A stretch of DNA of 64,000 nt from Candidatus Thalassarchaeaceae archaeon (GTDB lineage: Archaea; Thermoplasmatota; Poseidoniia; Poseidoniales; Thalassarchaeaceae), in assembly GCA_034399535.1 (NCBI GenBank), contig DASCSS010000018.1:492-64491 (forward strand), written 5' to 3'. Position numbers and translations under genes: made by a program. A model generated the notes under the pieces. It was not told the origin of the DNA. It was given only the letters and a program-made list of their open reading frames with translations, and did no database searches. Positions 19,469-27,878 of the stretch are shown piece by piece (position 1 is the first letter of the stretch; the number at the start of each line of letters is the position of its first letter).

Positions 19469-21121
19469 ATGCACTTAGCCGGGCCTAAAGGCCCGACGGA
19501 GGAAAGGAAAGCTGAGCTATTTGGTGGACTCTACTTAGTCGGGACAAGAGGGAAATGTTGCGCTATCCTAACCGAGCGCCAGCTGACTATCGAAAGGTTC
19601 GATGGGAGAGGCCTTCGATTAAATTTAGCAGCCATAGAAAGGATGAGACATCTGAAGGTACCAATTCTTCCTTCCGGGACTATTCTTCTGGGAGTAATTG
19701 CGATATATCTCGGAGTAACCACCATAGTTTCCCCATTGAGTTGGTTGTCGACGGGAGCTGGAGTTTCCGCAATAATTGCCAATTTTCTCTCGAGATACTC
19801 CATGCTTGCAATTGAAACCGGGGCAGGTGGACGCCACCTAATTTCAGGAAGCGAGGGAAATCTTCTGAAGCTATGCCTGATGGTAGATCGAGTTAGACAT
19901 GGAAGTGACTTGGAAGGGGCCAGATCCGGATTGGAAGAGTTGGAAACCGAGATGCCAACATTCCCGTCTATCAGAGATGCTAAGGGACTATTGGTAGCTC
20001 CAAAAACTACTCCACAACAGACCATTGCGGCTCTAGAAAATTCAAGGGTAAGAGGGTTTGAGGGTTTTCCTCAACCTTCAGCTCGTGTGGAAAAGGAGAT
20101 GGTGGAAATTTCTTTGGAAGATTTTTCCGGATTGCATTTTGAAAAGGGAGAAGGGTCGGATTCCATCATCCACCAGCGAGAATCCTTCGAAACAGATTCG
20201 CGGAATGCATACGAAAGGGCATGGGGGGTTGAAAGCACGCCCTCATGGTACCAGGAAAAGGAAATTCCCAAGTCACCGGAAAACAGGATGGATTCAGCGA
20301 TTACGGATGCAGCTCAGGGACTAGACATGTTCGCACCTGGTGGGATTTTCGACACGAATATTCCGACAAATTCCAATGCAGAAGGAAATTTCGGCGAGAT
20401 TGACAATAGTGAAATTGGCTCATTCGTTGATGTGGTGGCGAGCGCGCCGCAGGAACTATCTAGTTCTGCGATGATTAAGCGGGCACATACCACATTTGGG
20501 GTTCCCGAGCAACCGTTCAGCAAACGGATCCTACCTCCACCGACCAACGATGCCGTCAGGGATGAGTGCCGAGCAGGGGTCGTACGTCAAGCGAGGGCGA
20601 GGCAGGAGCTGCGAGTTAGAAAGAAGGAGGATCGTACGAATCATCCTGCTAATCTCGAAGAGTACCCTGCTCTAAACAAATTGGCAAACTCGATGGGTTC
20701 GACCAGAATGTCCGTGAACAGGCCCTCCAGAGTAAGTTCGTCAACTGGGTGGATTGGGAGGCTCCTCAGCCCAAGTGGCAGGATGGTGGTGGAAAATGAG
20801 AAAGGTGAGGAAAGGCAACAAGATTCTGGCATTTCTCCAGATAAGTCAGCTCGCTTCCAGAGCGCACAACACATGAGGCTTAGGAGCGACCAAGATCATC
20901 AGGCCGAGGTAGGGGCGAGGATCAGAGGGATGAGGAGTAAATCCGAGGCGTCATCAGCGAAAGATGCGCTCGACTCTTTGGTTTCTCGGATTAACTGTGG
21001 CAAGGAAGACTCTCCGAGGCTTCTTGACTCGCACGAGGCAACACTTAGGTTCAGCCAACTTAGACCTACCTCGTCAAAAGATGACCCTCATCCTCTTCCT
21101 GGTCTGAAGCGCCTTGGATAG
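19469..21121 (+). CDS. Hypothetical membrane protein with long low-complexity C-terminal tail
   Basis: 550 aa. A short N-terminal PH-like segment is followed by 2-3 TM helices (ILLGVIAIYLGVTTIV, GAGVSAIIANFL). About 400 aa of polar, Ser/Glu/Arg-rich sequence follow. Confidence 0.45.
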   Translation: MHLAGPKGPTEERKAELFGGLYLVGTRGKCCAILTERQLTIERFDGRGLRLNLAAIERMRHLKVPILPSGTILLGVIAIYLGVTTIVSPLSWLSTGAGVSAIIANFLSRYSMLAIETGAGGRHLISGSEGNLLKLCLMVDRVRHGSDLEGARSGLEELETEMPTFPSIRDAKGLLVAPKTTPQQTIAALENSRVRGFEGFPQPSARVEKEMVEISLEDFSGLHFEKGEGSDSIIHQRESFETDSRNAYERAWGVESTPSWYQEKEIPKSPENRMDSAITDAAQGLDMFAPGGIFDTNIPTNSNAEGNFGEIDNSEIGSFVDVVASAPQELSSSAMIKRAHTTFGVPEQPFSKRILPPPTNDAVRDECRAGVVRQARARQELRVRKKEDRTNHPANLEEYPALNKLANSMGSTRMSVNRPSRVSSSTGWIGRLLSPSGRMVVENEKGEERQQDSGISPDKSARFQSAQHMRLRSDQDHQAEVGARIRGMRSKSEASSAKDALDSLVSRINCGKEDSPRLLDSHEATLRFSQLRPTSSKDDPHPLPGLKRLG

Positions 21122-22078
21122 TCAGATTCCCACCATTCGACGGTAGCGATCCAGCCTTCCATGATACATCCCCCTCTCGAGCGACTGAAGCTTGCTGGAG
21201 CCAAGTCCCTCGATTGTGAAGGAAGACGTAACTATTGCATGGATAAGAGCAGCCCTCATTGCTTCCATGTCATTCAATACTCCCTTACTGCCAGCCATGT
21301 TTGCAAGGAGTGCGCCGGCGAATGAGTCTCCGCAACCGGTTGGATCAACAATGTCGTTAACGGGAAACGCGGGAAGAACAATGATGCCACAGGGGAGACG
21401 CGCCAACACCCCCGAAGATCCTCTCTTCACAATTAGGGCCCGTGGTCCACGCCCTGCGCCTTCGCCACCATGGAGGCACTCTCCGGACATTATTGGTTCA
21501 ATTGCGCTTGTGAATACTTGCTCTCCTGAAATTGCACAAACTTCCTCTTCATTCAGGATTGCAATATCTGCCTTCCGCAGGGCTAGGGACAAAACTTCAA
21601 ATTCTTCATTAATCCAAAGCATGAATGTGTCTATAGCTGAAATTTCCACATTCGGGCACTGATTTAGGACAGAAACTTGTGAAGAAGGATGAGTGTTAGC
21701 ACAGAAAAGGACGTTTGGAGAGGTCCACTTATCGGGAATCTCTGGATCAAAATCTCCGAGTACGTTTATGTCAGTTGAAATGGTCTCGACATTTTCCATT
21801 GTTCCTTCATATCTTCCAGACCATCTGAACGTCTTTCCTTCCAGTCTGCTAACTCCAGAGAAGTCTATTCCAAAGGACTCTAGCATTGATTGGTGCGATT
21901 GCGAGAAATCTACGCCCACTGGAGAGACTAATCCCACTCTGGGCAACTCTCCTGGGATTTCAGGGAGATGAAATGAGGAAGAGATTCCGGCATGGACAGC
22001 TGAACCACCAAGAATGTCGGACCCGCTGGCAACCGTCGTCTCAATGTCATCATACCCTATGCTACCGACGATGACCAT
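21122..22078 (-). CDS. PfkB-family carbohydrate/nucleoside kinase
   Basis: C-terminal PfkB signature DPTGCGDSFAGALL. Start set at ATG 22078 (MVIVGSIGYDD), because the ORF-track start 22168 overlaps accC. Confidence 0.8.
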   Translation of the reverse strand: MVIVGSIGYDDIETTVASGSDILGGSAVHAGISSSFHLPEIPGELPRVGLVSPVGVDFSQSHQSMLESFGIDFSGVSRLEGKTFRWSGRYEGTMENVETISTDINVLGDFDPEIPDKWTSPNVLFCANTHPSSQVSVLNQCPNVEISAIDTFMLWINEEFEVLSLALRKADIAILNEEEVCAISGEQVFTSAIEPIMSGECLHGGEGAGRGPRALIVKRGSSGVLARLPCGIIVLPAFPVNDIVDPTGCGDSFAGALLANMAGSKGVLNDMEAMRAALIHAIVTSSFTIEGLGSSKLQSLERGMYHGRLDRYRRMVGI

Positions 22079-22088
22079 TTCCACCACG

Positions 22089-23435
22089 TCAATCCCCCCC
22101 TGACAGAAGGCGTGGGTGTGTGGACAAATAGTCTGTGGTAATTCTCCTTTCTCTGAAATCTTGCTCATCCAATATGGCTTTGTGCAATGGAATCAAGGTG
22201 TCTAACCCGAGGAAGATGGCTTCGTCTAAAGCAGAATCCAATCTATCTATAGCCTCTTCACGGGAGGGAGCCCAGGCTATCACCTTTGCAAGCAATGAGT
22301 CGAACGAGCCAGGCATGTCATATCCGGAAAAGGCATGCGAGTCGACTCTCACCCCGGGACCACCGGGCAAGTGACACTCCCACAGCTTTCCAGGGGAAGG
22401 CTTCAGTGTGACGGGGTTCTCTGCATTGATTCGTGCCTGGATAGCATGTCCGTTCCATTCCACATCATCTTGAGAGATTGGTAGTTCCCCTCCCGAAGCA
22501 ATTTGGATCCCTATTGATACAATATCCAAGCCAGTGATCATCTCGGTTATCGTGTGCTCGACCTGAACCCTTGGATTTACTTCCATAAAGTAGAATTCTC
22601 CGTCTGAATTCTTTAGGAACTCGAAAGTGGCTAGACCCGTATAGCCGATTGCCTCAGCCCCGGCAACAACTCTGGATCCGATATCATTTCTCTCCTCTTC
22701 GTTGAGCCATGGCGCTTCTTCGATAATCTTCTGATGCCTTCTCTGAATGGAACAGAACCTCTCTCCCAAGTGGATTGCTGACGTCCCGTCGGCGACTACT
22801 TGGAACTCTATGTGTTCTGCTTTATCTACAAACTTTTCAATGAAAACACGATCATCCCCGAAGGCTGATTTGGCCCTACTTTGGCACATTCTCAGTGCAG
22901 ACACGAAGTCTGATGATTTTTCAACCACTTGCATTCCAATTCCGCCACCACCCGAGGCTGCCTTTATCATCACAGGGAAGCCTATCGATTTAGCCACTTC
23001 AGAAGCATCTTCGGGGCTAGAAACGGGTTCTTCGGTCCCCCTCGCAACCGGGATTCCAGCTTCAGACATAGCTTTCCTAGCTGCGATCTTGTCTCCAAGA
23101 AGTCGTAGAGATTCTGGTGTAGGCCCTATGAATGATATTCCTTCCTCGGATAGTCTCTGAGCAAAAGAGGGGTTCTCAGACAGAAATCCATAGCCCGGAT
23201 GAACGGCATCGGCCCCAACTTCCTTTGCGGCAGCAACTATTGCTTCAATGTCCAAATATGAGGCCAAAGGATCGTCACGAGGGATGAAGTACCCCTCATC
23301 AGCGAGTCTTACAGGGAGAGAAAGTCTATCCTCGACCCCATGGATAACGACAGACTCGATTCCCAAAGAACGCAACGACCGGATTATTCTGAGTGCAATC
23401 TCTCCACGATTTGCAACTAGGACACGCCGGAACAC
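22089..23435 (-). CDS. accC: Biotin carboxylase (ATP-grasp subunit of a biotin-dependent carboxylase)
   Basis: N-terminus FRRVLVANRGEIALRIIRS, glycine loop GGGGIGMQVV, EVNPRVQVEH block, 448 aa. Confidence 0.92.
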   Translation of the reverse strand: MFRRVLVANRGEIALRIIRSLRSLGIESVVIHGVEDRLSLPVRLADEGYFIPRDDPLASYLDIEAIVAAAKEVGADAVHPGYGFLSENPSFAQRLSEEGISFIGPTPESLRLLGDKIAARKAMSEAGIPVARGTEEPVSSPEDASEVAKSIGFPVMIKAASGGGGIGMQVVEKSSDFVSALRMCQSRAKSAFGDDRVFIEKFVDKAEHIEFQVVADGTSAIHLGERFCSIQRRHQKIIEEAPWLNEEERNDIGSRVVAGAEAIGYTGLATFEFLKNSDGEFYFMEVNPRVQVEHTITEMITGLDIVSIGIQIASGGELPISQDDVEWNGHAIQARINAENPVTLKPSPGKLWECHLPGGPGVRVDSHAFSGYDMPGSFDSLLAKVIAWAPSREEAIDRLDSALDEAIFLGLDTLIPLHKAILDEQDFRERRITTDYLSTHPRLLSGGD

Positions 23436-23478
23436 ATTGTTGCGCTAGATGCACTTTCGTATGAGTGAATCGGCGAAT

Positions 23479-24759
23479 TCAGTAGACGTCACGGAGGTAA
23501 CGCTTCTCAGTCTTCATTAGGCCGGTCTCAACGAACTCCTTGGCCTCATCTGGACTTAGTCCCCCATAGTCGGAGCAGATTCCAATCAGGGTGCTGTGGA
23601 CGTCCTTGGCCATGTATTGTTTATCTCCACAAACATAGAAATAAGCTCCATTCTCTATCCATTTCCAAATCTCCTCGCCGTTCTTCTTCATCAGATGCTG
23701 GACATAGACTTTCTCAGAACCTTGGCGAGACCATGCTAAGTCATGTCTTGAAATGACACCTTCCTCGTTCCATTTATTCATCTCGTCCCTGTAGAGGTAC
23801 TCGCCTTCCTCCGTCCAATCCCCAAAGAAGAGCCAGTTTCGTCCGGTAGACTCATCGATATGCCTCTGTTGGAGGAAGGCTCGAAATGGTGCAATCCCAG
23901 TTCCCGGACCGACCATAATAACGTCCTTTGAGCCATCTTCGGGAAGGACGAAAGATCTAGTTGGAGACATGAAAACCCCAACATTCGTCGTGTCATTGTC
24001 ACATCTATCTGCCATGAATCCGGTACATAATCCGGTCCGATCTCTGTCATGGTGATTGTATCTGACGATTGCTACGGTGAGATGCACTGTTCCCTTCTCG
24101 AAATCGGGACTACTAGCTATCGAATATAAGCGAGGTTTCAGACGAACCATTCCCTCGATGAGCTGTTGGGCTGTGAATCCAATTCTACCGAAGTCAGATA
24201 GAGCGTCAACGTAGTCCCTAGACCAAATGTATTCCTCCATTGCTTCTGTATCAGCTGTCAATTCTGAAAGAAGGGAGGTAAATGACTCCCCAGTAGTTCC
24301 GAGTTCGACGTATCCCTCAGGAAAATCTCCTTCGTCCCCAGTGCCACTCCAGTCCATTATCAATGACCCATCAGTGGAAGAGTAACGCTTCCTTCTGGTA
24401 ATTCGCATATTGATCTGCCCAGAGTCGTCGGGAGTCCTAGTTGCCAAGCCCTCTATCCACTTCTTAGAGACTCGATGAATCTCATATCGTACAGATAGTG
24501 CCTCCCTAAGGGAGCAGGTGCCGGAATTTGTTTCTACCATTTCGCCACCAGAAAAATTGGTTGCAAAGAGAATCTCTTCTACCAAATCGGGGGGACATTT
24601 TGGCATCACTCCTAATGCATCTCCGGCCTTGTATTCCAGGCCGGAGTCTTTGAGATTGAACACAATGTGCCGTGTCTCCTTCTTCGAAACCTCTCCATTG
24701 AGGACGAAGTTCTGGGAAATTGTTGTCATGAACGGGTTCTTAGCGCTCCATCCAGACAT
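23479..24759 (-). CDS. CysJ/CPR-type FAD/NADPH-binding oxidoreductase lacking the flavodoxin domain
   Basis: RLYSIASS (FAD), GPGTGIAPFRAF (NADPH), YVCGD, and C-terminal YLRDVY. Confidence 0.8.
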   Translation of the reverse strand: MSGWSAKNPFMTTISQNFVLNGEVSKKETRHIVFNLKDSGLEYKAGDALGVMPKCPPDLVEEILFATNFSGGEMVETNSGTCSLREALSVRYEIHRVSKKWIEGLATRTPDDSGQINMRITRRKRYSSTDGSLIMDWSGTGDEGDFPEGYVELGTTGESFTSLLSELTADTEAMEEYIWSRDYVDALSDFGRIGFTAQQLIEGMVRLKPRLYSIASSPDFEKGTVHLTVAIVRYNHHDRDRTGLCTGFMADRCDNDTTNVGVFMSPTRSFVLPEDGSKDVIMVGPGTGIAPFRAFLQQRHIDESTGRNWLFFGDWTEEGEYLYRDEMNKWNEEGVISRHDLAWSRQGSEKVYVQHLMKKNGEEIWKWIENGAYFYVCGDKQYMAKDVHSTLIGICSDYGGLSPDEAKEFVETGLMKTEKRYLRDVY

Positions 24760-24803
24760 GCCACATCACTAACTAACGGGAGTTGATACTCGCTTAAGAA
24801 CAA

Positions 24804-25658
24804 ATGTGGAAGTGGGGCTCTTGGAGAAGTAAGCATCAAGTCATGCGTACCGTAAGGAGTGTCGTGGCGGAGGTGTTGTTTCTCGGAACTGGAAACGCTT
24901 TCTCACCTCCGGGAAGGATGCCTGCCCTAGCCCTAATCGATGGTTCAATCCTGATTGACGTGCCACCGACCGTTCTACCTCAACTGCGGAAAGCTGGGAT
25001 TGCGCCTACACAAATTAGGCATCTGCTAATCACCCACTGGCATGCAGACCACATCTTTGGGTTCCCATTTCTCATGCTCGATAGAGAAAAAATGGGAGCG
25101 ATCAATAATGAAAGGGGGGTGCTTGAAATTCATTGCCAACCGAGAGGGAAGGGGCGAATGGTGGAACTATGCAATGTAGGTTTCCCGGGTTCTTTGGATG
25201 AAGAGATTGCAAAGCGCACCTTGTGGGAGGGAGGAGATAGCAACTCACTGAATGGGACCGAGTGGAGCTACGAGAGGTTTCCAGTTTGCCATAACCCGGA
25301 GACTGATCCTCATGGGTACAAATTAGTCCACAGGAGTGGCATTACAATCCTACACTGTGGGGATTCGGGACCCTGCGAAAGTATCGAAGAAAGGGCGCCA
25401 GAATCTGATGTCGTCATTCTGGAAATGGGCGTTCCCGACTTTGTCAAAAGCCCCCACCACCACAATCCTTCAGATGTTGCTGATTTCAAGAGTAGGCATT
25501 CACATGCAATTGTCCTAGTGACTCACAATTTTGCTAAATCTCCAGGTTTAAAGGAAGGATTTGATATCCCCGAACTCCCAGAAGGAGTGGTGCAACTAAA
25601 CGATGGAGATCGATTGGAAATTTCAGATGTCGGACAAATTAAATTGATAAGAAATTAG
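24804..25658 (+). CDS. Metallo-beta-lactamase-fold hydrolase (RNase Z/PhnP-like)
   Basis: HWHADH motif, N-terminal LFLGTGNAF, later HCGDSG. The start may be ATG 24843. Confidence 0.7.
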   Translation: MWKWGSWRSKHQVMRTVRSVVAEVLFLGTGNAFSPPGRMPALALIDGSILIDVPPTVLPQLRKAGIAPTQIRHLLITHWHADHIFGFPFLMLDREKMGAINNERGVLEIHCQPRGKGRMVELCNVGFPGSLDEEIAKRTLWEGGDSNSLNGTEWSYERFPVCHNPETDPHGYKLVHRSGITILHCGDSGPCESIEERAPESDVVILEMGVPDFVKSPHHHNPSDVADFKSRHSHAIVLVTHNFAKSPGLKEGFDIPELPEGVVQLNDGDRLEISDVGQIKLIRN

Positions 25659-26059
25659 TATTTTTTTTATCTAGTATTTATATTGGTAAATCATAGTGGG
25701 TGGTTTGAGAGTAGGCTTTGGTAACGATCTGCAACTAAGCAGAATAAAACTGTGCGATTATTGGGGCAATATTGTTCACTGGCATGGTTACTGATTGATA
25801 TTTGTCTTGGATGCAATTATTACACCGAAATAGTTTCACTATTTTCGTTATACTAATAGTAATCTAACTAATCAATTAGGAATTTACTATTCAAACAAAT
25901 TAGGAGCTCTTGGGAGTGGAGAAAATATCTCTTTTTGAGTTTCGTTCAAGACACTCTTATTACCACAAACAACCTCGCTCGGTGACACGCACTTCTAGCA
26001 ATTAACCCAATGGGGTGGAAGATTGGCCATTAGTGGGTTTGATAGAACGGTGTTAAGAA
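25659..26059. other. Candidate replication origin (AT-rich unwinding region flanked by repeats) upstream of orc1/cdc6
   Basis: A 401-bp non-coding gap, the largest in the window. Its core, about 25800-25900, is roughly 28% GC by hand count. The direct repeats TAGTGGGTGGTTTGAGA (25694-25710) and TAGTGGGTTTGATAGA (26031-26046) flank it. It lies directly 5' of orc1/cdc6. Confidence 0.5.
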
Positions 26060-27298
26060 ATGGACGGGAATATTTTCGAAAGGATTCTCGGTCAGGATAG
26101 TCTCTTCACTGACAGGAGGGCTTTTGACCATGCGTTCGAGCCATCTAGGCTTCCACATCGAGAACATGAGGTTGACGCGTTGGTCATGAACCTAGTTGAT
26201 GCGCTAAATGGGCATATTCCTTCCAACATGCTCCTATACGGGGTTCCCGGATCTGGCAAAACTGTAGTCACTCGATTCGTTCTCGGGCAGCTGAGAGATA
26301 AAGGAGTCGAGATGGGTCAGATGGTGAAAACCTACGAGATTAACTGCCGTAACGTGGACACGAAGTACAGGGTAGTGCAGTCACTAGCGACTCAACTTGC
26401 TAGAAGGGGGGATGCCCCCGTTCCATTTACCGGCTGGCCAACTGATAGGGTCCTTGAAACATTGGTGGAAAGGATGAACAGAGCGGGAGGAGTTCACATT
26501 ATTGTCCTAGACGAGGTAGACAATTTAGTAGACAAGGGGGGGGATGATTTGTTGTATGCCCTCACCAGCCTAAACACCCTACTGGATGACGGAAGATGCT
26601 CTATTATTGGCATTAGCAACGATCTAAACTTCACACAACATCTAGATCCACGAGTCAGTTCTAGGCTAAGCCAAGAAGATGTGGTTTTCCACCCCTATGT
26701 TGCAACTGAGATCCAGAATATCCTCAGTGAGAGGGCCTCGACGGGGATAAAGGAAGGCGTGCTAGATGAAGGCGTGATTCAACTATGTGCTGCGCTGGCG
26801 GCTCAGGAACATGGGGATGCCAGGAGAGCGTTAGATCTACTCAGGATTTCCGTTCAGAAAGCAGAGCAGCGGGCTCAATCGAAGGTAAATACAAAGCACG
26901 TCAGACTGGCTCAGAGTCAACTGGAATATGATCAGGTTACCCCGGTACTCAGGACACTTCCACTGCATCAGAAGCTAGTATTGTTCTCTATCTGCCTGAA
27001 TGAAGAGAATGGCCTAAGGAACATCTCAACTGGCGAAATTTACAGGACTTACGCCGAAGCATGCTCGAAGATTGGAATTGAACCCCTAACAACAAGGAGG
27101 GTTTCATCGCTGCTAAATGAATTAGACACCATTGGACTCATCATGGCAAGAAATGTCAGCAAAGGAAGAGGTGGTAGAAGCAAGCAAGTTAACTCTGCAG
27201 TTCCCAAGGCGATAGACGCAATTTCGCTAATGAGTGAAAACGAACCACTAGTGAACGAGGCAGCACTGGGCAAGTATAACCTCCAAGGGCTACTATAG
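26060..27298 (+). CDS. cdc6: Orc1/Cdc6 replication initiator
   Basis: AAA+ Walker A GVPGSGKT, Walker B IIVLDEVD, and a C-terminal winged helix. 412 aa. Confidence 0.93.
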   Translation: MDGNIFERILGQDSLFTDRRAFDHAFEPSRLPHREHEVDALVMNLVDALNGHIPSNMLLYGVPGSGKTVVTRFVLGQLRDKGVEMGQMVKTYEINCRNVDTKYRVVQSLATQLARRGDAPVPFTGWPTDRVLETLVERMNRAGGVHIIVLDEVDNLVDKGGDDLLYALTSLNTLLDDGRCSIIGISNDLNFTQHLDPRVSSRLSQEDVVFHPYVATEIQNILSERASTGIKEGVLDEGVIQLCAALAAQEHGDARRALDLLRISVQKAEQRAQSKVNTKHVRLAQSQLEYDQVTPVLRTLPLHQKLVLFSICLNEENGLRNISTGEIYRTYAEACSKIGIEPLTTRRVSSLLNELDTIGLIMARNVSKGRGGRSKQVNSAVPKAIDAISLMSENEPLVNEAALGKYNLQGLL

Positions 27299-27302
27299 CT
27301 GG

Positions 27303-27878
27303 ATGCTGGCAACGATTAAACCAAGGCGTCAGGTCGGCGGCTCGATGTCCGTAGGAAGGGAAGATTGGAGGGAGTCCCTTCTAAGGCCGAGTGACACACT
27401 GTCCGTTGCCGCAGTTGTTCTGGGATCGTGGTTCCTAATGCTAAACCTCCTGAACATAATTACTGGCGCATATTCTGGGGGAAAGAAGGTTCTCTGGATC
27501 GATTTCATCACCAACGGTTCAAAAACCAATGAAGTTCATGAGATTGGGATTGTGTTGGATGACGTATTATTCGGAATTCTAGGAATTACTGTATTTGCTT
27601 TGGGGGCATGGAGTCTGGGTAAAGAAAGAGAAGGGGGCTTCGGATCTTGGTTTGTCCAGATTTGGAAATCTACGGTTTTCACTAGCCTTCTTTCAACGGA
27701 ACAGGGGGGTTCCCGAACTGTGGCTAGTTGGATGATTGCCATTGGTACTCTGTTCTATACGGCATGGGGAATAATGCATTCCACTTGGGTGGACCCCGGC
27801 GTTTACTCGGTGACGATTGCCATGGTTTCAATGGGCTTCGGGGTCCATACAATAGAGGATTCTAAGTCTGGCCTTTAA
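27303..27878 (+). CDS. Hypothetical integral membrane protein (4 TM)
   Basis: Four hydrophobic helices and no recognisable motif. Confidence 0.4.
   Translation: MLATIKPRRQVGGSMSVGREDWRESLLRPSDTLSVAAVVLGSWFLMLNLLNIITGAYSGGKKVLWIDFITNGSKTNEVHEIGIVLDDVLFGILGITVFALGAWSLGKEREGGFGSWFVQIWKSTVFTSLLSTEQGGSRTVASWMIAIGTLFYTAWGIMHSTWVDPGVYSVTIAMVSMGFGVHTIEDSKSGL

Noticed and set aside
658-27298. Inteins in atpA, cdc6, pcn or other usual intein hosts.
   Set aside because: Protein lengths are canonical (AtpA about 580 aa, Cdc6 412 aa, PCNA 249 aa). The conserved motifs are contiguous, with no insertion after the P-loop.
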